Assembly (NCBI GenBank): GCA_964057225.1
Contig: OZ059899.1
Location: 2,790,001 to 2,854,000, forward strand
Length of the DNA stretch: 64,000 nucleotides
Reading direction: 5' to 3'
Source of the DNA: Auanema rhodensis
Taxonomy: Eukaryota > Animalia > Nematoda
Each line of letters starts with the position of its first letter. Position 1 is the stretch's first letter. This document shows positions 1 through 7,464 of the stretch, one piece after another. The position numbers and the translations under genes are program-made. The notes under the pieces are model-generated. The model ran no database searches. It was not told where the DNA came from and was given only the letters and a program-made list of their open reading frames with translations.

Positions 1-437
1 TTAATCGAATAGATTCTGGTGGTTTAGTCACTGCTACCCAAATCGGGTTCTGTTTATAGTTTGCCAATTTTATTTAGTCTAACTAAATAAGAAAGGAAAA
101 TTATAGATTGTTATTGGTTTCAATAGCTCATCAAAGTTTTGTACTGTGGTTACGCATTGTATCCGAGTATATTTACGAGTTATTGGAATTGATAAGATCT
201 GGTGCTAGTGTTTAGGTAGAAAAATTTTTTTCGGAATTTTCTACCAGAGACATCTCATCATTGTAAACAGAACTTGAGTAGTAGTAAGATTACTGAACAC
301 AGATCTATTAGATTGATACAATTTGCTTATCAGATTGTTCTGATTATTAATTCTAAATACTAGAATTCGATCATAAAATTCCTGCATTAGCAAAATTATT
401 TTGTTTGTAGAGATTCGTATAGCAGTGCCTATTCGAG

Positions 438-638
438 ATGTCGATTGAGAACGAAACGTTTGAAACAGAACAACTCTGTGAAATGGATTTCGAAAATGTG
501 TTTTCTGAGGTAATCCTTAATTCATTAGTGAATCAAACATTTAAGGCTTTGGAGCCTTATAATGAAATGATATATAAAGAGTTCCTAGAAAAAATCAGAA
601 ACGCTACTGAAAAAAAAGAACTGAACAAAGAATACTAA
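438..638 (+). CDS. Probable N-terminus of Gag (66-aa ATG-initiated ORF), out of frame with the main ORF across an A8 run at 610-617
   Basis: Starts with ATG and overlaps the main frame, which is open from 611 (in-frame TGA at 608-610). One extra A in the run gives a continuous ...NATEKKRTEQRILKTRNLVKSNLKSEIRK... reading. Confidence 0.6.
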   Translation: MSIENETFETEQLCEMDFENVFSEVILNSLVNQTFKALEPYNEMIYKEFLEKIRNATEKKELNKEY

Positions 639-652
639 AAACCCGCAATTTA

Positions 653-3600
653 GTGAAAAGTAACCTAAAAAGCGAGATTAGAAAAGGAAAAACTTGGGAA
701 TTTGTTCATTCAATGCTATTAGTGATGAACAACGAAGGTCTGAAAAAACCTTCAGATCTTAGTGATGTTTTAAAGATCAGTAAGAAACGAGCGGAAATAA
801 TTAAAGACATAACAGATAACTTCCAACTCAATGAGAATAATATAGTGCAAGAGTTACTTGTTATTCATGAAACTGTGAAAACTTTATGTGATACTTTCGA
901 TTGTAATCTAAAAGAATTGCAACAGAGAATAAGTAACAGTTGGCAATTTCAGAAATCAAGCTTGAATCAAGAAGATACTGAAACAGCCATGGCAGAAATG
1001 ATTTTGGATGAGCGAACTAGAGGTAATTCTGTTGAGAGTGCTGAACTCAAAACAAAAATTAAGGAGCGAACAGTGAGAACACACTCCAAGGAAATAGTGG
1101 AAATGGAACCAAATCAACAGGACCAACACTATCCATACAACTTCAGGGGTACGTCACCTTTACATTATGCTGGATTAAATGCGCAAAACGACGCGTTGTT
1201 AGAGATGATAAGAGCACAAATGTTACCTGATGTTCCTTATTTTTCTAACGACTCGTTGGAAAAATGGAATCAGTTCATTGAAAGTTTCAATCTCAAGTAT
1301 CCAAAAGGTACTCTGACGGCCAGTAGTCGGAAGATGCTGTTCGTTGATAAGCTAAAAGGAGAAGCACGAGACAGATACGACGAACTGCCAGAAACAATTA
1401 GAGAGAGTTCGTTAGAAGTTATCATTGAAGAACTTCATAAACAGAGAGTGTGTGTTAAACGAACGAGCAGATTAGATGCTATTTCTTCGCTCAAAACTTT
1501 ACAGTACAATAGTAACAAAACACTGATTGTTTTCTGTAAAAAACTGGAAGAGACCTCAAGAAAAGCGTACCCAGAATTTCCTACAAGGAAATTATCGTTT
1601 TTAAGAGCCCAGATGCTCTATGAAGCACTCAGAGATTGTTCATGCGCTATTCATCTATTAGAAACCATAGAGAAAAGCGAAGAAGATTTGGTCTATGAAA
1701 AAGTTAAAGAGATAGCGTTACGCTGCGAAAGAAATAAACGTGTTTATGATGAACAGCGAGAGAAAGGGAGAAATTCAAACAGAATTTTACCTAAGCTCAG
1801 ATATGAAAAAAACCATATCGATACGAATAATTATTACACAAATGATCGGAATAGGTACGTGGGCGGAATTAGAGAACCTCCAAGTAGGAGAGAAATAATT
1901 TGCTACATATGTAACAAAAAAGGCCATTCAGCAGCACAATGCTTTGAGAGGAAGAAACCTTCCAACAACTATCCTAAACGAATAGAGAATGTTGAAAAGC
2001 ATAATGAGCCCGGAATGAGAAATCAAGCAGAAGTTTGGAATAAAACTATTCAAACATGCAATTCCATAACCAATTCAGAGTTAATTGGCGAACAAAGTTT
2101 ATTATCTATGATAATTTGTGAGAAATCCAAAAAAAGAGTCCTTATCGATACAGGATCTCAAATATCGGTGATGTCATCACAAGCACTGGTAAATTTGATG
2201 AGTGACGGGGTTGATCTGGATCGATCGGTTACTCAAATACCGTGGAAAGGTGATAAATATATTGCCAATGCTTCGGGCACAAAAATGAATTTTGTAGGAG
2301 CAATAAGTTGCAAAGTTACGTGTTTAGAAAGCAAGAAAACTAGTAATGTAAGCTTTTTAGTACAAAAAAGTAGAGAAGAATCTATTTTGTTAGGAACAAA
2401 TGCCTTAGAAAATTTGGGTATAATTTTGAAATTTTATACAAAAGAGGCCGTAGCCTTACAGAGAGTTTTTATACCTGCGAATAAAAGTAGAACGCTAAAA
2501 ATTTCGTGTGATGAACAGAAAGATAGTTTACTAGTGTCGCATAGGCATGATGTACTTACGGGAATCTGTAAAGTGGACAACAATAATTCCACTACAGTAA
2601 TCGTTGCTAACATGACATGCCAGCCAACCACAATAAAGAAAGGAGAGATTGTCGGTGAATGGGAGTCCGAGAATTGGACTGAAAAGCTGACTGCACTGAA
2701 TGACGAATTGAAAACCGAATCAATTGATGTGTTAGAAATGCGTATGTTAGATCAATACGCTAAACCAACAGATCCGGTTGGAAGAGCAGAAAAAGTCATT
2801 GCAGTCTTAGAAGAGAAAAGTGGTGTAACCTTTGATCCAAAGGTCAAAGACCTTTTAGAAAATTATTCAGCGATATTTGCGTTGGTTGATGCTGATCTGC
2901 AGCAAACAAATATTGTCACTATGAATATTGATACGGGAGATGCGAGTCCTATTCGTCAAAAAGTACGACCAGTGCCGTTTGGTATAAAAAATGAGTTTAG
3001 AGGTATTATAAAAGACCTATTACAAAGAGGGATTATAGAACCTAGCCAAAGCGCATGGGCAAGCCCTGTAGTCTTAGTAGAGAAAAAAGACAAATCCATC
3101 AGACTCTGTATAGATTATAGAGAACTGAATAAGGTCTTAAAACTAGATGCTTATCCAATACCAACGATAGATATCATTCTTAGATCGATGAACGGGAAGA
3201 AAATATTTTCCACATTTGATCTATCGTCGGGGTTTTGGCAAATAAAACTTTCCGAAGAAGATAAAGAAAAAACATCTTTCGTGACCAGCGAAGGATCTTT
3301 TCAATTTGTAGTATGTCCTTTTGGCTTAGCAACTAGTCCACCAACATTCCAAAGAATGATGGACAAAGCTCTGGGAGATTTACTCAAAAGCAATGAAGTT
3401 TTTGTTTATATAGACGATATAATGATTGCAACAGATACTTTCGAAAGACATTTTGAAGTTATGAAGAAAGTTTTTGAAGCGCTGAAACAAGCAAATTTAT
3501 CGTTGAAAGCGGTTAAATGTAAACTTTTACAAAACGAAGTGGATTATTTGGGCCACAAAGTAAACGGAGAAGGTATTCACGCCGATCCAAATAAAATTGA

Positions 3601-6600
3601 GGCAATTTTAAAGTATCCCTTACCAAATACAATTGCTGAATTAAGAACATTCTTGGGAATGGCGTCGTATTACAGAAAATTTGTGCTAAATTTTGCAGCA
3701 ATTGCTAAACCAATGCACGAAATGACAAGTGAAAAAAGTAAATGGGAATGGACCCGAGAGAGAAAAGATGCTTTTGAAATTCTAAAGAAAAAGCTTACTC
3801 AAGCTCCTGTACTAATACAGCCTGACTGGGAAGGTGCAAATAGCGGTAAAAACCCATATATTATATACACTGATGCGTGTGCATCTGGTGTAGGAGCGGT
3901 GTTATGTCAAAAAGCAAAAGATAATTTTCTACACCCGATTGCCTTTGTTTCTAAAGGTTTGTCAAAAGCGGAAAAAAATTATCATGTAACAGATTTAGAA
4001 GCTCTGGCTATTGTATTTGCGCTAGAGAAATTTCAATATTACATTTATAATACTGAAAAAACAGTTGTGAAAACTGATCATCAACCATTGACATGTCTGT
4101 TCAAGAAGACAGCAAGTGGGAGAATGTTGAGATGGAGCCTCATGGTACAGCGATACAGAATAACTATTGAATATGTCAAAGGAAAAGGAAATGTTATAGC
4201 GGACGCATTATCGCGAGGTGTTCCAGTTCAAGATAATTTTGATCTTGAAAGTGACTCAGATATAAAATATATTTGTTCGTTACAAATGAGAGATAATATA
4301 GCTGAATTAATGATGAATGAAAATTACAAAAATATTATCAATCTCAGAAGGGATGAAAAACTCACAGAGAGAATTTTTTTGCCAAAACTGGCACATAAAC
4401 TATTTGTCGGTGATTTTCTAATTGCAAAAGAAAACTTGTATTATATCAACGAGAAGGGTGAGAAATTATTAGTCATTCCTCCGTCAAAAAGATATGATAT
4501 ATATAAAGAAGCTCATGAAGGATTATTTGGAGCTCATTTTGGACCGAAAAAAATTATACGTTCTCTGAAGAGACAATTTTTTTGGGAAGGCTTAGACTCA
4601 GATGTGAGAAAATGGCACAGTGAGTGTAAAAAGTGCTTTTTAGCAAACAATAAAACAAAAAGTAAGCCATTATTACAGCCATATCGAACAGAAAAACCTT
4701 ATGAGCTAGTTGGAATTGATGTCATGGATCTAGGTAGAACCACATCCAACAATCGTTATGTAGTAGCCGTAATAGACCATTTTAGTAAATGGTTAGGTGC
4801 ATACGCAGTACCAGATAAATCTGCAGCAACAATAGCTGATATAATAGTTAAAAAATGGATATGTGAAGGCGCCAAATGGCCTAAACAGTTCCTGTCTGAT
4901 AAAGGAAGCGAATTTGTTAACAAAATAGTGGAAGAAATAAAAAAGATAACCAAGATCGAATGGATCACCACCATGGGATATAATCCAAGACAAAACGGTA
5001 TAACAGAGAGAGTGAATTTAACAATTCAAAGAGCTCTGAAAAAGGCAGGAAACAGTCCGTCTGAGTGGGACAAGTTACTTCCGTTTGTAACATATGCGTA
5101 TAATACAACACCACACGAAGCAACTGGTGAATCCCCGTTTTTTATTTTACATGGGTTCGAACCATATTTGGTATCTAATATTGTAGAACCAACTAAACCA
5201 AGTTTAGTAGAGTATGAATTAGATGAATATAAAGTTGATTTGTTGGAGGGATTTAGACTATCACGAAATATAGCAATAGAACGGAACGATAAAGAGCGTG
5301 AAAAATTCAAAATGTATTACGATAAGAAAAATTGTAAAAACATACAAGAATTCAAAGTAGGAGACAGAGTATATCTGAAAATGATAAACGAAAAAAGTAA
5401 ACATGTCAATAAAAAATTGATAAATGATTTGAAGGGACCATATCGTATAATAGAGTCTTATAAGACGTCGGCATTAATCACCGAAATTTCGGGAAAAGGC
5501 GAACCTTTGAAGATACAATACGATCTTCTGATAAGAATTCCATCTACGATAGATGATAAACCAGTTGAAACGGTTAGAAGACGCAGAGAAATCATAGTTA
5601 AAAGGATACACTACAAAAATATTGGAGAGGATAGTAGTTATAGTAATAAAATTATTTTTTATAGAAACCTCACGATAAAACCCAAAGATGCTTGTCATCC
5701 ACTGTATGAATGCGATGGTCTGATACAACTACCGGAAGGAAAAAGACAAATATGCTCGTTCAAAACGGTTACTTATGGAGATCTGTTGAACAATAAATGT
5801 CCTACACCGTTGAAAGGAATTAGAGTTAGGAATACCTTCAGGTTAGCTCAATTCCTACAAGTAATGAAGGATCCAAGGATTTGGATCAATGAGAAGTTGG
5901 CTCATATAAATCGTATGAACGTCCACCCTGATGTTGAGAGTATGGCTGATGCAATAATATTACAAAAACAAAATTGTTTGCACTCTAAGATCAACTTTTC
6001 GTTATTTGAGAATTTTCACATCACCTGCGAAAACCCAGTGGAATTCAACATGTCAAGCGATGACATTTCTAAAGCGTTTTTGATTGCGTCTGAAAAATTA
6101 AATCGTTCTGCAAAACCTTCCGATAAAGATCTTTTGTTTGTTCCAAAAAGGATGAATGCGGCAAAAGATTTCAATTTTCCTTTCGGAAATTGTATCACCT
6201 ATGAAAATTTATCAAATGATGTTATTTCAAAATTGTTGACTTATTGTAACGTACGTTATGTACTAATTGTATTACCGCTGATCTCCGAAGAAAACGAAGC
6301 AGACAAACTGATTAAACAACTGGGAAGATTAGGTTGTGCCCTGAATGCACAAATAATATTGATAAGTCCTATTGCAAGATTTGATGACAACACATTCTTT
6401 GATAGCATGCGAACATGGCAAAAAGTACATGAATGTTTTGCCGCAGAATGCACAACACGTAATGATAAGTTATGGATACAATATATAGGCTGTCGAGGTG
6501 ATGACGTTGCTTTAGTAACGCACTATTGGTTTGCTGGTGGGCCACTGCCTTATCAGAAAACATCTGATCGTATTTTGTACGAACATGTTAAGAGTTTTTT

Positions 6601-6766
6601 AACCATGCTACAGAAAAAACTACTATCGTTAGGAGTTTCGTCTATGTTAAATAGAATGGAGAAACGAAAACAAACTCATATAATGAACAAAACCTTTGAA
6701 AAGAACACAAACAGAACTCTACACAAAACGTTCAAACCATATAGCCAATTCAAAAAACAGTACTGA
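653..6766 (+). CDS. gag-pol: Gag-Pol polyprotein (Gag CCHC, aspartic protease, RT, RNase H, integrase, C-terminal extension); listed start is GTG and probably not the real start
   Basis: Uninterrupted 2037-codon frame. Motifs: CYICNKKGHSAAQC (1901-1942), LIDTGSQIS (D at 2147), WASPVVLV..IRLCIDYRELN, FDLSSGFWQI, PFGL, YIDD (3407-3418), YTDAC..GVGAVL (D at 3872), TDHQPL, ADALSR, H-x6-H...CKKC, D(4718)..D(4898)-x35-E(5006), GPY (5435-5443). First in-frame ATG is at 713. Confidence 0.95.
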   Translation: MKSNLKSEIRKGKTWEFVHSMLLVMNNEGLKKPSDLSDVLKISKKRAEIIKDITDNFQLNENNIVQELLVIHETVKTLCDTFDCNLKELQQRISNSWQFQKSSLNQEDTETAMAEMILDERTRGNSVESAELKTKIKERTVRTHSKEIVEMEPNQQDQHYPYNFRGTSPLHYAGLNAQNDALLEMIRAQMLPDVPYFSNDSLEKWNQFIESFNLKYPKGTLTASSRKMLFVDKLKGEARDRYDELPETIRESSLEVIIEELHKQRVCVKRTSRLDAISSLKTLQYNSNKTLIVFCKKLEETSRKAYPEFPTRKLSFLRAQMLYEALRDCSCAIHLLETIEKSEEDLVYEKVKEIALRCERNKRVYDEQREKGRNSNRILPKLRYEKNHIDTNNYYTNDRNRYVGGIREPPSRREIICYICNKKGHSAAQCFERKKPSNNYPKRIENVEKHNEPGMRNQAEVWNKTIQTCNSITNSELIGEQSLLSMIICEKSKKRVLIDTGSQISVMSSQALVNLMSDGVDLDRSVTQIPWKGDKYIANASGTKMNFVGAISCKVTCLESKKTSNVSFLVQKSREESILLGTNALENLGIILKFYTKEAVALQRVFIPANKSRTLKISCDEQKDSLLVSHRHDVLTGICKVDNNNSTTVIVANMTCQPTTIKKGEIVGEWESENWTEKLTALNDELKTESIDVLEMRMLDQYAKPTDPVGRAEKVIAVLEEKSGVTFDPKVKDLLENYSAIFALVDADLQQTNIVTMNIDTGDASPIRQKVRPVPFGIKNEFRGIIKDLLQRGIIEPSQSAWASPVVLVEKKDKSIRLCIDYRELNKVLKLDAYPIPTIDIILRSMNGKKIFSTFDLSSGFWQIKLSEEDKEKTSFVTSEGSFQFVVCPFGLATSPPTFQRMMDKALGDLLKSNEVFVYIDDIMIATDTFERHFEVMKKVFEALKQANLSLKAVKCKLLQNEVDYLGHKVNGEGIHADPNKIEAILKYPLPNTIAELRTFLGMASYYRKFVLNFAAIAKPMHEMTSEKSKWEWTRERKDAFEILKKKLTQAPVLIQPDWEGANSGKNPYIIYTDACASGVGAVLCQKAKDNFLHPIAFVSKGLSKAEKNYHVTDLEALAIVFALEKFQYYIYNTEKTVVKTDHQPLTCLFKKTASGRMLRWSLMVQRYRITIEYVKGKGNVIADALSRGVPVQDNFDLESDSDIKYICSLQMRDNIAELMMNENYKNIINLRRDEKLTERIFLPKLAHKLFVGDFLIAKENLYYINEKGEKLLVIPPSKRYDIYKEAHEGLFGAHFGPKKIIRSLKRQFFWEGLDSDVRKWHSECKKCFLANNKTKSKPLLQPYRTEKPYELVGIDVMDLGRTTSNNRYVVAVIDHFSKWLGAYAVPDKSAATIADIIVKKWICEGAKWPKQFLSDKGSEFVNKIVEEIKKITKIEWITTMGYNPRQNGITERVNLTIQRALKKAGNSPSEWDKLLPFVTYAYNTTPHEATGESPFFILHGFEPYLVSNIVEPTKPSLVEYELDEYKVDLLEGFRLSRNIAIERNDKEREKFKMYYDKKNCKNIQEFKVGDRVYLKMINEKSKHVNKKLINDLKGPYRIIESYKTSALITEISGKGEPLKIQYDLLIRIPSTIDDKPVETVRRRREIIVKRIHYKNIGEDSSYSNKIIFYRNLTIKPKDACHPLYECDGLIQLPEGKRQICSFKTVTYGDLLNNKCPTPLKGIRVRNTFRLAQFLQVMKDPRIWINEKLAHINRMNVHPDVESMADAIILQKQNCLHSKINFSLFENFHITCENPVEFNMSSDDISKAFLIASEKLNRSAKPSDKDLLFVPKRMNAAKDFNFPFGNCITYENLSNDVISKLLTYCNVRYVLIVLPLISEENEADKLIKQLGRLGCALNAQIILISPIARFDDNTFFDSMRTWQKVHECFAAECTTRNDKLWIQYIGCRGDDVALVTHYWFAGGPLPYQKTSDRILYEHVKSFLTMLQKKLLSLGVSSMLNRMEKRKQTHIMNKTFEKNTNRTLHKTFKPYSQFKKQY
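1901..1942 (+). other. Gag nucleocapsid zinc knuckle (CX2CX4HX4C)
   Basis: Translation CYICNKKGHSAAQC. Confidence 0.95.
2090..2430 (+). other. Retropepsin-type aspartic protease domain (approximate bounds)
   Basis: VLIDTGSQISVM active site and C-terminal ILLGTNAL motif. Confidence 0.9.
2870..4220 (+). other. Reverse transcriptase plus RNase H domains (approximate bounds)
   Basis: SPVVLV, CIDYRELN, DLSSGFWQ, PFGL, YIDD, YLGH, FLGMASYYRKFV; RNase H TDAC, DLEALAI, TDHQPL, ADALSR. Confidence 0.95.
4480..5560 (+). other. Integrase (HHCC zinc domain, DD35E core, GPY/F module; approximate bounds)
   Basis: AHEGLFGAH...ECKKC; GIDVM; SDKGSEF; QNGITERVN with 35 residues between the second D and E; FKVGDRV...LKGPYRI. 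Confidence 0.95.
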
Positions 6767-6880
6767 ATTGTCTTCTTAAGAGAAAAGCGATGTTCTATCA
6801 TGAGTTATATATATGTGTTTTTTTGTGTTTTTTATTTTTTTGAATAAATAATTGTTGAACATCTCGGGACGCGAAGTTTC

Positions 6881-6892
6881 GAAGGGAGGGGA
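6881..6892 (+). promoter_or_regulatory. Polypurine tract (plus-strand primer)
   Basis: GAAGGGAGGGGA immediately followed by TGTTA, about 115 bp after the pol stop codon. Confidence 0.9.
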
Positions 6893-7242
6893 TGTTAAGA
6901 AATGAGAATATTGTTAAATAGATTGATTATAGAATATTATGAATGATATTTATAACAACAAAATATCATTGAAAATAACATTTAGAAACGATTGGATTCA
7001 ATTACGATGAAAGAAAAAGAAGATAAAATTGGTCTTCAAAAGAATGCTCCCTTGACAACGAAACTACCGTAATCATCTTTTGCAACCAAATTCATAATTT
7101 TGGCCTAAAAATTGTATTGTTGTTTTTTCGAAATAAGAAAAAGGCAGTTTGGGATTCTGTTTTCATTTTTTGTTTGATTATTTCTATTTTTTTTATAATA
7201 AATCGTTTGCTTATTTGATCTTTTTGTTTCCTCTAATATAAC
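6893..7242 (+). repeat. 3' LTR (TGTTA...TAAC, terminal A missing)
   Basis: Starts with TG directly after the PPT. AATAAA at 7197-7202 is followed by T-rich sequence. TAAC at 7239-7242 is the inverted complement of the TGTTA start minus the last base. The right end is inferred because there is no second LTR to align. Confidence 0.7.
7197..7202 (+). promoter_or_regulatory. Candidate LTR polyadenylation signal
   Basis: AATAAA about 40 bp before the inferred LTR end, with a downstream T-rich tract. Confidence 0.55.
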
Positions 7243-7268
7243 TATTGTTGTTTTTTCGAAATAAGAAA
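7243..7268 (+). repeat. 26-bp perfect direct copy of LTR positions 7115-7140, inserted at the LTR/satellite junction
   Basis: TATTGTTGTTTTTTCGAAATAAGAAA occurs at both 7115-7140 and 7243-7268. Confidence 0.95.
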
Positions 7269-7464
7269 GCGCTAGCTTAAAAATGCACCGAGATATCAAC
7301 TGATATAAGTTCATACTTATATCCTCGATTTTCACCCTCAACATACACTAATGCATCATTTTTCAAACGATCATAACTAATTTTTGTATCAAGCGTTTCT
7401 CAATGTAGTATAGTGCATTCTATGCGGATTTTTAAGCTGCGTCGATTTGTGTTATCAGATTTGC
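7269..7464. repeat. First satellite monomer with a 157-bp internal deletion
   Basis: GCTAGC at 7271 and 7465 are 194 bp apart instead of 351. Junction TTCACC-CT-CAACATAC at 7337-7338. Confidence 0.95.

Larger units (their letters stand above)
1..7242 (+). mobile_element. Ty3/Gypsy LTR retrotransposon (5' LTR/PBS outside the window; internal region plus 3' LTR present)
   Basis: Single gag-pol frame with domain order Gag-PR-RT-RH-IN, which is Gypsy-type rather than Copia. It is followed by a polypurine tract abutting TG. No copy of 6893-7242 is seen in 1-437, so the 5' LTR lies upstream or is lost. Confidence 0.95.

Noticed and set aside
200-212. TGGTGCTAGTG (and TGGTGG at 17) as primer binding site
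   Set aside because: Not preceded by an LTR end matching 6893-7242, and I cannot match it to a tRNA 3' end.
398-412. TTTTGTTTGTAG as splice or trans-splice acceptor upstream of ATG 438
   Set aside because: Plausible but common in AT-rich DNA; unsupported without transcript data.
2434-6563. Short minus-strand ORFs (60-94 aa) within gag-pol
   Set aside because: Antisense shadows of a long coding frame with no recognisable motifs.
5570-6766. env gene or chromodomain after integrase
   Set aside because: No separate ORF, signal peptide, transmembrane anchor or chromodomain aromatic-cage pattern; reported instead as unknown domains.
7103-7108. Single GCCTAA (reverse of the nematode telomere unit TTAGGC) near the junction
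   Set aside because: One hexamer inside the LTR; no telomeric array or healing signature.
7105-7344. 79-aa minus-strand ORF
   Set aside because: Spans LTR, templated insertion and satellite; low-complexity product and non-ATG start.
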